The notes under the pieces were generated by a model. That model was not told the origin of the DNA. It saw only the letters and a list, made by a program, of their open reading frames with translations, and did not search any database. A DNA stretch of 64,000 nucleotides from an uncultured Gammaproteobacteria bacterium (lineage in GTDB: Bacteria; Patescibacteriota; Patescibacteriia; Magasanikbacterales; GWA2-37-8), in assembly GCA_964496095.1 (NCBI GenBank), contig CAZBWU010000002.1:79595-143594 (forward strand), given 5' to 3'. The translations under genes and the position numbers were made by a program. This document shows, piece after piece, positions 19,116 to 29,468 of the stretch. How positions within the stretch are numbered: position 1 is the first letter of the stretch; each line of letters opens with the position of its first letter.

Positions 19116-19186
19116 TTCCGAGGCTTGGATTCGAACCAAAATAGCCGCCTTCAAAGGGCGGAGTCCTACCATTAGACGACCTCGGA
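19116..19186 (-). tRNA. tRNA-Gln(TTG)
   Basis: TCCGAGG/CCTCGGA acceptor, CCGCC-CTTTGAA-GGCGG anticodon arm, GGTTCGAATCC. CCA not encoded. Confidence 0.95.
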
Positions 19187-19231
19187 ATGTGTTTTACTTA
19201 AAACCATAACTTTTAATCCTGCAAAGAACAA

Positions 19232-20140
19232 CTAGACTTTCAACTGCCTTCTCATCGCTAAACCGCTGGAAATAATAGTCAGAATGAGGACTGCCAAAGC
19301 CTGACTACCAAACAGCATCAGCATATTAGAATAAAAGTAATTTGTCAAGGCAAATCCGTTTGGTAAAACTACCGCTAAATATGGATCAATCCACCTCAAA
19401 GCCAAATACACCAAACCGATGGTTCCTCCCACACTAGCCAAAGTAAAGACAAAAGACTCAACTAAATATGGCCCACGAATAAACCAGTTGCTCGCACCCA
19501 CCAATCTCTTGATACTTATTTCCACACGCTGGGTAGTGATAGCCACACGAATAGTGTTAAAAATAATTAAGAAAGAGATAATAGCAAACAAAATCGTCAG
19601 CCCAAAACCAATTCGTTCTACGCGATTGGTAATATTTTGCAAACGTTCTATCGCATCTTCATGATTATCAAAACTCTTGGCTTCAATGAGATTTTCGTAT
19701 TCAGGCACATTTAGGGCATCAATTATCTTTTTGTAATCTTTCGGTTCTTTGGTTTTTATAATCATCGTCGGACCAAAAGGATTGGCGCCTAATTCATCAA
19801 GTGCCTCTAAAGCTTCTTTTTGTAATTTGTGTTGTTCACGGAAAGCGGACAAAACTTCTTCTTTCGTTTGCAAATCAATGCTAACAATTTCAGGAAACAA
19901 CTCCACATAAGATTTAATATCACTCACATTTTTTTGTGTCGCCTCGGGTACAAAATAGATACTAATATCAATCTGTTTTTTAACAGCCTCAACCGCTTGT
20001 TTGGTAATAATATCAAGCGACCAGAGAGTATTTACTGACAAAAGCATGAGAATCAGAATAAAGACGGTCATGAAAGACAGACTTAGATTACGCCACAAAT
20101 CTTGAAAAGCAAACTTTAATATTCTTAAAAAAGATGACAT
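19232..20140 (-). CDS. ftsX: Cell division permease-like protein FtsX
   Basis: IIFNTIRVAI...R.EI.I.RLVGASNWFIRGPY; follows ftsE. Confidence 0.92.
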   Translation of the reverse strand: MSSFLRILKFAFQDLWRNLSLSFMTVFILILMLLSVNTLWSLDIITKQAVEAVKKQIDISIYFVPEATQKNVSDIKSYVELFPEIVSIDLQTKEEVLSAFREQHKLQKEALEALDELGANPFGPTMIIKTKEPKDYKKIIDALNVPEYENLIEAKSFDNHEDAIERLQNITNRVERIGFGLTILFAIISFLIIFNTIRVAITTQRVEISIKRLVGASNWFIRGPYLVESFVFTLASVGGTIGLVYLALRWIDPYLAVVLPNGFALTNYFYSNMLMLFGSQALAVLILTIISSGLAMRRQLKV

Positions 20141-20143
20141 AAA

Positions 20144-20824
20144 TTATAATTTGTATTTACCATCATTTTCATCGTTGATAATTTCTCCACCATGGAGAGT
20201 AATTACCCGACGACGCAAATGATTTACTACTTCCCTGTTATGGGTAACCAAAATAATCGTGGTCCCAAACTCATTTATTTTTTTCAAAATAGAAATAACT
20301 TCTTCGGTGTTGATAGAATCAAGATTACCGGTAGGTTCATCGGCTACAATAATTTTTGGACGATGCACTAGAGATCTAGCAATAGCAGTGCGTTGTTGTT
20401 CTCCGCCAGAAAGCTGAAACGGATAACTATCAACCTTGCCAGACAAACCGACAATTTCCAAAACCTGTGGTACTACCTGATGAATGCGTTGCTTTTTCTC
20501 TCCCGCTACTTCCAAGGCAAAAGCCACATTTTCATAGACTGTTCTCTGTGGTAAAAGTTTATAATCTTGAAAAACTACACCGATCTGACGACGTAAAAAC
20601 GGCACGTCGCTAGGACTAATTTTAGTAATATCCCAACCACCAATCTCAATAGTGCCTTTGTTTGGTTTTTCTTCAGCAATAAGCATTTTGACTAGCGTCG
20701 TCTTGCCCGTACCACTCTGGCCCACAATAGACACAAAATCCCCTGCTCCAATGTGCAGATTTAGATTTCGCAAAGCCGGTGTGCCAGTAGTATAAATTTT
20801 GGAAACATTAGTGAGTTTGATCAT
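20144..20824 (-). CDS. ftsE: Cell division ATP-binding protein FtsE
   Basis: [34 protein letters not shown]. Confidence 0.93.
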   Translation of the reverse strand: MIKLTNVSKIYTTGTPALRNLNLHIGAGDFVSIVGQSGTGKTTLVKMLIAEEKPNKGTIEIGGWDITKISPSDVPFLRRQIGVVFQDYKLLPQRTVYENVAFALEVAGEKKQRIHQVVPQVLEIVGLSGKVDSYPFQLSGGEQQRTAIARSLVHRPKIIVADEPTGNLDSINTEEVISILKKINEFGTTIILVTHNREVVNHLRRRVITLHGGEIINDENDGKYKL

Positions 20825-20942
20825 GAAAACACAATTTTTTACAACAAATTAAACACGAATCTACAATAATAAAACGACCATAGTTAGTGTATCATATCTT
20901 GGACAAAGTCCCAAGAAGAAAATGGGGACAAGTTTAAAAAAA

Positions 20943-23900
20943 TTATAACGTAGGCGGTTGGAAACTCCAAAGATTCAATGGCTGCCAGAAATAATCTACA
21001 TTGGAAAAACTGGAAGAAGCCATATTTTGCATATCAACTACAAGCGCAGATAAATCAGATGACCCACTTTCCATACCAATATACAAATTATTGAAATTTA
21101 CATTGTTTAGATTAACACTGCCGCCCATCGCCTTAATTCCACGAGTATTATTATTTTTTGCAGTTACGCTAATATTAGTATTAGAAATCTGCATTGTAGA
21201 ATTATTGGCCTGAATAGAATTGGCTTCGCTATCAGATAGATTAGAATTATTAATAGTTATATTTGAATCATTGGCAATAATCATGCCATTTAAATTCTCT
21301 GGCCGACCATTTAAAACATTACCTCGTTTAAAATTAACATAATTTAAATTGGAATTTGAATTATAAAAACGAATATTGCCCCAAGCAGGAGTACCAGGCG
21401 AAGGCAAAAAATTTATTGGTTTGTCAGAAGTGCCCTTAGCATTCAAACTTCCCTTCACTTCTATAATCCCATATATTGGCACATACAGCGAAGCTCCCTG
21501 TTCGATATTCAAAGTAGATGAAGGCGATACTCTTAGAACATTTACTACAACATTCTCATCTTCATCAATAGAAACCGACGGTTCGTTGATAGAGACTACA
21601 CCCAAAAACGGCATGTTTAAAACATTATTAGTGTAATGCGTGCGCTTTAGACTTGGCCAATTATCTTTAATAAGCAAGGGGCCCAAATTATTTACAAAAT
21701 TATTAAATGACGAGTCTGAAATTGATAAACCACTGCTTTCAGACTGAATAGCTCGGTCACCATTAAAAAAATTAGTATTCTTAATAGTGGTGGTAGAATT
21801 TTTTTCAAATAAAGCTAACAATCCGTTATCAGAAAAATCTGAACTTAGAATAGTTGTACTAGCTCCATCTAAACGAACAGCCTGACTCACTGGTATACTA
21901 TCCGGCGGTGCAATAAAGCTTTTACCTGCATAACGCAAAACTACATTGTCTAACACAACAGTGGAACTTGGATGGAACCAAAGGCCTTGCCAATCTTGAG
22001 GCGAACTGGTTGGAGAATTCCAGCTACCAACAGTCGTATTTTCCAAGCTACCTAACAAACTTTTATCACGACCAGAAGTAAATATAATTTTTTCTTCTGC
22101 TGACCCATTGGCTCGCAAACTACCAAACACGTTTATACTAGCAACATTATAACCACTTTTAATAACTACCCCCGGTTCAATCAAAAGTGTTTTTCCGGCT
22201 GGAACAGTATATGATTGCAAGATGTAGGGACTGTTAGTTTTGGTTAAAGTGCGAACAGTATCATCTTGATTAAAATTTAGGGCAATAAAACCAAAGTTGG
22301 ATCGCTTTGGAGAACCATAGATTGGCGAGCCAAGATACCCACGGCCAGTCTCACGAAAACCTTGATTACTTTGCCAGTTACCTGGATTATTACCACTGAC
22401 CAAACTATTTATTCTTTCCATTGATTTATACAAAACTGTATCACCGGCAAACCAGCCATTGCTAGCATTTACCTCATCAGATTTCTCACCATTGGGTTTT
22501 ATTAATTCTATTTTGGCGCCACTGTTATTAAAACCACCACTCAAACTATAAACAACATCGGCGCTAATTTGCAAAACCGTATCATCAGTGGTCCTTTCAA
22601 ACAAATAATAACCATTTGCCGGAATTATTTTATTATTTATTTTGGTAAAACTAATTTCTTTGCCACCGACCAAAACTTTCCAGCCGGTAAAATCTAAAGA
22701 CTGATCCGTGTTATTTTTTAACTCAAACCATTCATCATTTGCATAGCCGGCGCTAGTCCCCGCCCAAGCCACTTCGTTTATCACTACTTCTCCACTCCAA
22801 TTTACAAAAACTGGAGAAGAAGTCGGGCTCCACTGCGAAATATTTCCAACCGCATCGGCGGCTCTAGCTCTAAAATAATACGCTTGACCATGCAAGCCAG
22901 AAAAATTAAAAGTGCTACTTACCGTACTTGTAACCAAAGATTGCCAACCGATGGTGCTGGTAGCAAAAACTTCTAAATCAAAGTAAACTGGTGGAGACAA
23001 AAGGTCTGCGCTGGTCATGTTTATCAAAATATTAGTTGAACTAACACCAGGTTGATTTGCAAAATTTAAAACTGGTATTGAAGGAGAAGTGGTGTCAATA
23101 ATAACCTCCACAGAAGTTGTGGGAACTACTTCAGTTGTAGTTGTAGTTGTAGTTGTAGGGATAAAAATCTCAGGAGTTGTTGTGGAAGAAGATGTGCTTG
23201 TAGGATTTTCTACTAATAGCGGTGGAACAATACTACTTTCCTGCGCGGTGTCATTTGTTATCCCTGAAGAATTACTTGGACTACTGCCTCCATAAACAAA
23301 TTTTGCTGGAGTCGGTGAAACAAAATTATTTATCGGCTCTGGAATATTTTGAACTGGCACTAAATTTGACACAGGTAATATTGGAAATACTTTTGGCACT
23401 ACAGTTTTTACAACAGGAATTTTTGGAGCCACAACATTTACTACCGCAGGCTTTGGCAATTCTAAATAACTTGTTATAGGCACTACGGAAGGATTTAGAT
23501 CGGTTAACTGACGATTATTTTGACTTGAAGCTTGATTGCTAGCCAACCCTAACTTTGATTTAGCTGAATCAAAAATATTATTAACTACCCCAGACACAGC
23601 CGAACTTATCGATTGAGGAGCATTCTTGACAGACGAAGCTATGCTATCAAGAGAGTTATACATTGATTTACAGGTACTCTCGGAAATACTACAGGCTTTA
23701 ATTACAGTTCTTTTCGGAAACTGTTGCAAAGCTGAAATAAAAGAACTATTACTATCCGGAACAATTGGCTCCAACAACTCTGGGCTTAATTTATATTTCT
23801 CTACTTCTTCAAAAAATAAATTAATCACACTGGCACCAGTGAGAACGGCTTCAGGAAAAAGATGGTCGCGATAGGAAGGTAAAATGTTTATTGTATCGTT

Positions 23901-24770
23901 TGTAGTAAACCTCTTTTTACCAGTCACAACATCCTCCGTAGTTAATCTTGCTATTTTGATATTATTTTTAACTAAAAATTTTACCGACTTTCCATCTAGT
24001 TCAATTTTAATTTCTTTGGAACTATTAAAGGGCTCCGCAAAATCTTCGTTACTTATAGTATCCTCAGAGAAAAAATTTTGATTTACATAAACTGCCAAGT
24101 CTTTTATCGTCTTATTTATTGAAGATAGTTTTTTGAAATTAGCATTACTTTTTAGCAAACCCTCAGCCGTGTTTAACTGCCCAGAATCAGTCTGAACTTT
24201 AGAAAATGCTTCATGAGGTGAACCTGGATCACCCTCTATACCAGCGTGAGAATCATCACGCACATGATCTGGCACAGTCGCATCCTCTACTAAATGCAAA
24301 ACATGTCCTAAAGCAATAAAGGCAGACTTCTTGTCGCCATCTAAATAAGATCTTATGGCTTTTTGCCAGGTTTGATTGCCAAACTGTCGACCATAGGCTG
24401 ATTGATAGTCTTGGTTGGTCACCCAGTCTACAGAAGGCAGCGATCTTCTTGGCGCGATATCACCACCAGTTTTATACCCTTCCTCTATAGATAGACGACC
24501 AAAATGTTTACCTGACCAGCCCACTCCATGAACCGGGTCATAGAAATGGTTTATCCATCTCGCTGGCTCGTCTTCTTCTACTGACCCTTGTTTGAGCCAT
24601 CTAGCTTCATCGAAAGATAATTCATAATTTGATTTTGAATTACGGCCATTAAAAAATTCTATCATTTCTTGCGTGAGAGACGGGTGTGTGGAATTCTGAT
24701 CATAAGCCACTGCTGGTTGAAGTAGAAGTAGAAATAAAAATAATAATAAAAATGAAGTCCCTCCTTTCAT
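20943..24770 (-). CDS. Large secreted/surface protein: Zn-phospholipase C/S1-P1-like domain, S/T/P stalk, FN3, lamin-tail domain, beta-helix
   Basis: Signal peptide; AYD..TH, EED..RWINHFYDP, LGHVLHLVEDATVPDH; YYFRARAADAVGN; VVINEVAWAG..DEWFELKN; G.L.A.G....I.F repeats. Confidence 0.7.
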   Translation of the reverse strand: MKGGTSFLLLFLFLLLLQPAVAYDQNSTHPSLTQEMIEFFNGRNSKSNYELSFDEARWLKQGSVEEDEPARWINHFYDPVHGVGWSGKHFGRLSIEEGYKTGGDIAPRRSLPSVDWVTNQDYQSAYGRQFGNQTWQKAIRSYLDGDKKSAFIALGHVLHLVEDATVPDHVRDDSHAGIEGDPGSPHEAFSKVQTDSGQLNTAEGLLKSNANFKKLSSINKTIKDLAVYVNQNFFSEDTISNEDFAEPFNSSKEIKIELDGKSVKFLVKNNIKIARLTTEDVVTGKKRFTTNDTINILPSYRDHLFPEAVLTGASVINLFFEEVEKYKLSPELLEPIVPDSNSSFISALQQFPKRTVIKACSISESTCKSMYNSLDSIASSVKNAPQSISSAVSGVVNNIFDSAKSKLGLASNQASSQNNRQLTDLNPSVVPITSYLELPKPAVVNVVAPKIPVVKTVVPKVFPILPVSNLVPVQNIPEPINNFVSPTPAKFVYGGSSPSNSSGITNDTAQESSIVPPLLVENPTSTSSSTTTPEIFIPTTTTTTTTEVVPTTSVEVIIDTTSPSIPVLNFANQPGVSSTNILINMTSADLLSPPVYFDLEVFATSTIGWQSLVTSTVSSTFNFSGLHGQAYYFRARAADAVGNISQWSPTSSPVFVNWSGEVVINEVAWAGTSAGYANDEWFELKNNTDQSLDFTGWKVLVGGKEISFTKINNKIIPANGYYLFERTTDDTVLQISADVVYSLSGGFNNSGAKIELIKPNGEKSDEVNASNGWFAGDTVLYKSMERINSLVSGNNPGNWQSNQGFRETGRGYLGSPIYGSPKRSNFGFIALNFNQDDTVRTLTKTNSPYILQSYTVPAGKTLLIEPGVVIKSGYNVASINVFGSLRANGSAEEKIIFTSGRDKSLLGSLENTTVGSWNSPTSSPQDWQGLWFHPSSTVVLDNVVLRYAGKSFIAPPDSIPVSQAVRLDGASTTILSSDFSDNGLLALFEKNSTTTIKNTNFFNGDRAIQSESSGLSISDSSFNNFVNNLGPLLIKDNWPSLKRTHYTNNVLNMPFLGVVSINEPSVSIDEDENVVVNVLRVSPSSTLNIEQGASLYVPIYGIIEVKGSLNAKGTSDKPINFLPSPGTPAWGNIRFYNSNSNLNYVNFKRGNVLNGRPENLNGMIIANDSNITINNSNLSDSEANSIQANNSTMQISNTNISVTAKNNNTRGIKAMGGSVNLNNVNFNNLYIGMESGSSDLSALVVDMQNMASSSFSNVDYFWQPLNLWSFQPPTL

Positions 24771-24783
24771 ATTTATAAACTAA

Positions 24784-25269
24784 TTATAATAATGATATTT
24801 TCCAAACTTTGGTATAAGGATTTAAAATAAATACAATTAAGTGAGCTTCGACTTCTCCATTTTTATTTTTTAAAGATAGAATAAAACTCACTCTTTCATT
24901 ACTAGAATCGTCTGGTTCTAATTTAGAAGAAAATTTACTAATAACCTCTGACATTCGTTCTTCGTTAATTGCTTTTTTAAAATCAAGCAATCTCTCTTCT
25001 CTTTTCTCCGGCACAATATACTTACTCGCCAACTCTACATCCCCTTTTTTCAACGCATCCAAAAACATACCCCAAGTTTCTTCTGGGGTTTTGCCTCCAT
25101 ATGTATCTTCTCTGTACGGCTTACTCAAAGCCAATTGAAATTCTTCTGTCTGTTTTTCCCATTTATATCCCATCCAACCGGAATAAGCTGACGAACCAAC
25201 CCACCAAATCAAAACTAATAGACCCAAACTTACAAAAATATAGATAGTAACTTTTGAAAAACGTTTCAT
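24784..25269 (-). CDS. Membrane-anchored hypothetical protein (DTYGGKTPEET motif, possibly NTF2-like)
   Basis: N-terminal TM; TPEET...FL.ALKKGD.ELASKY; C-terminal WKI. Lies 13 nt upstream of the large protein. Confidence 0.7.
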   Translation of the reverse strand: MKRFSKVTIYIFVSLGLLVLIWWVGSSAYSGWMGYKWEKQTEEFQLALSKPYREDTYGGKTPEETWGMFLDALKKGDVELASKYIVPEKREERLLDFKKAINEERMSEVISKFSSKLEPDDSSNERVSFILSLKNKNGEVEAHLIVFILNPYTKVWKISLL

Positions 25270-25352
25270 AATAAATATGAAAAATATTTATTATTTATAG
25301 TATACTACTATTTTTTTATAGGTACAATAAATTTTAGCTGTGGATAAATCAC

Positions 25353-26435
25353 TTACACCTCCACCCAAGTATTCTCTCCCAAAATCATAGTTTGATGATC
25401 GGATTGTTTTTTTATCACCGTCACACCCGCACCGATAATACTGCCGGATAAATCTACTCCGCCACTAATATTGCATTTATTGAGAATAATAGAATCTTTA
25501 ATTTCGGCATTCTTGATTATACTACCTGCGCCAATGGTTGTGTTTGGGTTTATAACGCAATCTTCTAGAGTGCAATTCTCACCAATTATTACCGGACCAG
25601 TAATTTTTACATTTTTATTTACAGTTGTACCTGCGCCAAGATGTACCTTACCAATCAATTTTGCTCCATCTTCTACTTTTCCTTCTTTAGTATATTTTTC
25701 TTCAGGCATTTCTTCCAAAAGCAAACCACTGGCTAGAATAAGATCCACTGGCTTGCCGGTATCTTTCCACCAACCGGTAATTTCTTTATACCCAACATTA
25801 AAATTATTCTTTAAAAAATAAGAATGGATATCAGAAATTTCATATTCACCGCGAGCGCTTTTCTTCATTTTTTTAAAGGCATCAAAAAATACTTTCGGCC
25901 CATATAGATATATACCTGTAACGGCAAAATCATTAGGTGGATTTTGTGGTTTCTCAATCACATCGACAAGTTTATTATTATCAAAAACAGGCACACCAAA
26001 ACGATTTGGGTCTGGCACTTTCGCCAAGGCTAACATACAATCCAATTTATCTTCAGCAAAATTATCAAGCATCGGTTTTATACTACCAAGCACAATATTA
26101 TCTGAAAGATAAAACATAAACGGCTCATCACCGATGAATTTCTTGGCTTCGTTTACCACATGCGCTATCCCTTGCGGCCCACCGGTTTGCTCAAAGAATG
26201 TTATTTTAACCCCCCAATGACCGCCATCGCCGATATGTTTTTGTAATTCTGTTTCACCAGGATTGGTGTTAATAAATATTTCTTCAATCCCCGCTTCCAC
26301 CGCTTTGGCGATAGCATGAAAAATCATTGGCTTGTTTGCCAATGGAATCAAATGCTTGTTCATGCTGTGAGTAATTGGCCTCAACCTAGTAGCATGTCCG
26401 CCGCCGGTTAAAATAGCTTTTTTAATCTTTTGCAT
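25353..26435 (-). CDS. rfbA: Glucose-1-phosphate thymidylyltransferase, long form
   Basis: GG.ATRLRPIT...NKHLIPLANKP, EKP, SARGEYEI, WWKDTG, C-terminal left-handed beta-helix. Confidence 0.88.
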   Translation of the reverse strand: MQKIKKAILTGGGHATRLRPITHSMNKHLIPLANKPMIFHAIAKAVEAGIEEIFINTNPGETELQKHIGDGGHWGVKITFFEQTGGPQGIAHVVNEAKKFIGDEPFMFYLSDNIVLGSIKPMLDNFAEDKLDCMLALAKVPDPNRFGVPVFDNNKLVDVIEKPQNPPNDFAVTGIYLYGPKVFFDAFKKMKKSARGEYEISDIHSYFLKNNFNVGYKEITGWWKDTGKPVDLILASGLLLEEMPEEKYTKEGKVEDGAKLIGKVHLGAGTTVNKNVKITGPVIIGENCTLEDCVINPNTTIGAGSIIKNAEIKDSIILNKCNISGGVDLSGSIIGAGVTVIKKQSDHQTMILGENTWVEV

Positions 26436-26444
26436 ACATAACAA

Positions 26445-27542
26445 TTACCAAAAAATAATTTTCTTTACAATCAGCCAATACAAATTCATAAGCGGATTAG
26501 CGATATAATCTAAAACTGGATTTTTAATACTCTGCTCATTGAACTCAATTTTACCTACAAAAGTTTCAATCATTTTCCTATCACTTATCTTGCGGATACT
26601 TTGTACATAGACTCGTTTCTTTAACCATAGTCTCCAACTCGATAATTTTAACCAATAAACATGGGCTTTTAATTTTTCTTTAATCCATCCTTGCTTGACG
26701 GCAAATAATAATAGACCGACTTCAAGCACTAACCCCATTGGGAAAAATAATAATAAAGTAGGCCATTTAAAAAACATCAGCATCACGCCAAAACGATTAC
26801 GTTCAATATAATAAAATTTTGTTTGATTACGACTAAAAGAGTACTTATGATAAAACAAAGAATCAGATGCAACCATTATTTTATAGCCAGCGATTTTTAA
26901 TCTAAAACAATATTCTATATCTTCATGGTATAAAAAGAAATCATTATCCCAAGGACCATACTGCCGCAACAAATCGGCGCGCATAAGAACTGCAGCGCCA
27001 CTAGCATAAGATGTTTCAAAAACTTTCTCTAATTTTAAGTCAGATTTTTTGACCCGTAAATTATTACAAAATCCTAGACCTAAATAATGAAAAGAGTTCC
27101 CAGAGCTATTTAACAAATCTGTTTCTGGATATAACATTAACAGTGATTGCACAGCCCCAACGGTCTTGTCATTTTCCATAACATCAACTAATGGTTCCAA
27201 AAAATTTGACGCTACAAAACCATCATTATTATGAAAATACACATAATCAAAGCCATTATCAAGCGCCCATTGTATGCCCACATTGTTTCCTCCAGCAAAG
27301 CCTAAATTTTCACGCTGAGGCAACAGAGTAATGTGCGGCAACTCTTTCCCAGACATAGACATTACATTTTCTTCAAAATACCGGACTGACAAGCCGTGGG
27401 TTGGGTGAGGGTTATCAACTACCACAAACTCGACTCTATTTTTGGGATAAGTCATTTTCTTAAGCGCTGACACCACATCATCCACATATGGCTCGCTATG
27501 AAAAGAAAGATAAATAATAGCTACTTTTGGGTAATTTTCCAT
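26445..27542 (-). CDS. Glycosyltransferase family 2
   Basis: VVVDN, NLGFAGGNN, NND, SGAA, FFLYHED. Confidence 0.88.
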   Translation of the reverse strand: MENYPKVAIIYLSFHSEPYVDDVVSALKKMTYPKNRVEFVVVDNPHPTHGLSVRYFEENVMSMSGKELPHITLLPQRENLGFAGGNNVGIQWALDNGFDYVYFHNNDGFVASNFLEPLVDVMENDKTVGAVQSLLMLYPETDLLNSSGNSFHYLGLGFCNNLRVKKSDLKLEKVFETSYASGAAVLMRADLLRQYGPWDNDFFLYHEDIEYCFRLKIAGYKIMVASDSLFYHKYSFSRNQTKFYYIERNRFGVMLMFFKWPTLLLFFPMGLVLEVGLLLFAVKQGWIKEKLKAHVYWLKLSSWRLWLKKRVYVQSIRKISDRKMIETFVGKIEFNEQSIKNPVLDYIANPLMNLYWLIVKKIIFW

Positions 27543-27544
27543 AT

Positions 27545-28393
27545 TTATACAGAATAATATTTATTATTTCCCTTCCACTTCCACATATATTTAAACCAAC
27601 TAATGAGATGAATGCGGGCTAACTTGTTTTTTAATAGTGCTTTAAGTATCCCTGGCACTTTGGCAGAGTCACGAGCATACTTATGCATAATTACTATATC
27701 ATGGACATAATATACTGGCCAACCGTGCTCCCACATAGTCCGACACCAATCAGCATCCTCTAAATACATAAAATAGCGCTCATCAAACCAGCCTATAGCA
27801 TCAACTACTTCTTTACGCACAATCATTGCAGCCCCCAGAACCCAATCTACAGGCATAGTGCTATTATGGTCAAAATCTTTCATCAACAACCTGTCTGATA
27901 ATTTTTTGATCCATTTATATTTTTTATCAAAATTAATCTGCTTGAGTGGTTTAATTAAAATAGACGGCAAATCAAAGCGGTAACAAGAATATTGCAAACT
28001 ACCATCGCTATTCTGTAGTTTTGGCCCGATACAACCAATTTTTGGATGCTCATCCATAAACTTAACAATTCGTTCAATCACGCGTGAATTTTCTGGAATA
28101 ATCGTATCTCTATTTAAAGCAAAATAATACCGAGCTGGCGTAGATTTAAAGCCTACCGTATTGCCTTTACCAAAACCAATATTACCGCCAGAATCAACAT
28201 ACCTTACCGAAGAAAATTTGACTGCTAAATCTTCTTTAATGTGATCTTTATTTTCTGAGTTGTCGGCCACTGTTATTTGTACTGTATACGGACAATTTAT
28301 AATATCTTTTATAATAGAATCAATGGCATCTAGAATGTCATTTTTAGTAAAATAATTTACGAATACAATATTAATGTCTTTTAAACCTTCCAT
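27545..28393 (-). CDS. Glycosyltransferase family 2 (WbbL-like rhamnosyltransferase)
   Basis: DNS, NIGFGKGN, LNRD, VDWVLGAA, FDERYFMYLEDADWC. Confidence 0.88.
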   Translation of the reverse strand: MEGLKDINIVFVNYFTKNDILDAIDSIIKDIINCPYTVQITVADNSENKDHIKEDLAVKFSSVRYVDSGGNIGFGKGNTVGFKSTPARYYFALNRDTIIPENSRVIERIVKFMDEHPKIGCIGPKLQNSDGSLQYSCYRFDLPSILIKPLKQINFDKKYKWIKKLSDRLLMKDFDHNSTMPVDWVLGAAMIVRKEVVDAIGWFDERYFMYLEDADWCRTMWEHGWPVYYVHDIVIMHKYARDSAKVPGILKALLKNKLARIHLISWFKYMWKWKGNNKYYSV

Positions 28394-29454
28394 AATTTTC
28401 TCATTTCTTGCCAATTTAATTTTCTATTATTTTTAATAAATTTTCTTTTTTCTTTTAAGTCTTTCCTTAATTTCCAAATCTCTTTTAACCCAGCCAAAAC
28501 TTTTCTATCAACAATTAGCAGATAAACAAACTTCTTCAATTCATACCATACAATCCAAGGAAGATCAAGCATCATGTTCTGCCAATATTCATTTTTATAT
28601 AAAGTCATTAAATGATTTTTATAGCTATGATATTTTACCCATTCTGACTGAGTTTTTTTGTTGGCTGAGGCGGCCACATCACTGGCTTTTTTTGGTCCGG
28701 CTGCTGATCTATCGTGGTAAGCAATCGTATCTAATAATACATAGGCTTGGCAGCCTCTAGCGGCTAGTCTATAAGCCAGATCTACATCTTCTTTATAAGA
28801 ATGGTAAGACTCATCAAGAATGGTTCCATCTTGATAAACGACATCTTTAATACCTGACCTTCTAAACATTGGCAAAGCGCCTGAAACACCAAAGACAGCT
28901 TGCGCCTCCCCATTGGCCAATAATTTTGATTTAAGTTCAGGCCAATCACATTGGGTATATTGCTCTATAACTCTCCTATTACGAAATACTTTTAAACCTA
29001 GAGCATCAATCTGCTCTGTAAAACTTTTCTGCAAGATATCCGCATCTATTTGTTCAACATTCGCAGTATCCAATAAACCAAAATTCCACTTCATTAGTCG
29101 TGGCGACACAGCTACGGCTTGAGAGTTCTTATCTAGAAATGCCACAATCTTTTCTAAGCAATCAGGCGCCAGATACATATCCTGATTAAGCATCAAAAAA
29201 TATTCATCTGAGGTTTTTTTAAAGGCCATATTATGTCCACCCGCAAAACCTAGATTAGTTTTATTTTCAATAATTTCAAACTTAACCGGAAAATTTTCCA
29301 ACTCTTTTTTCATTAACTCTACCATGCCATCTTGAGAATTATTATCAATCATAAGTAATTGCCAATCTAAAAAAGTCTGCTTGCGGAGAGACTCAAAAAG
29401 ATAAGGCACATACTTAGCACCGTTCCATGACACTAAATGAACAGATAATTTCAT
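28381..29454 (-). CDS. Glycosyltransferase family 2
   Basis: IDNNS.DG, NLGFAGGHN, LNQD, YKEDVDLAYR. Confidence 0.88.
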   Translation of the reverse strand: MKLSVHLVSWNGAKYVPYLFESLRKQTFLDWQLLMIDNNSQDGMVELMKKELENFPVKFEIIENKTNLGFAGGHNMAFKKTSDEYFLMLNQDMYLAPDCLEKIVAFLDKNSQAVAVSPRLMKWNFGLLDTANVEQIDADILQKSFTEQIDALGLKVFRNRRVIEQYTQCDWPELKSKLLANGEAQAVFGVSGALPMFRRSGIKDVVYQDGTILDESYHSYKEDVDLAYRLAARGCQAYVLLDTIAYHDRSAAGPKKASDVAASANKKTQSEWVKYHSYKNHLMTLYKNEYWQNMMLDLPWIVWYELKKFVYLLIVDRKVLAGLKEIWKLRKDLKEKRKFIKNNRKLNWQEMRKLWKV

Positions 29455-29468
29455 ATACGAGATTGGTA

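Noticed and set aside
23091-23100. Isolated GGTGTCAATA identical to the tandem-repeat unit (similar match near 52197)
   Set aside because: These are single copies inside coding sequence and compatible with chance.
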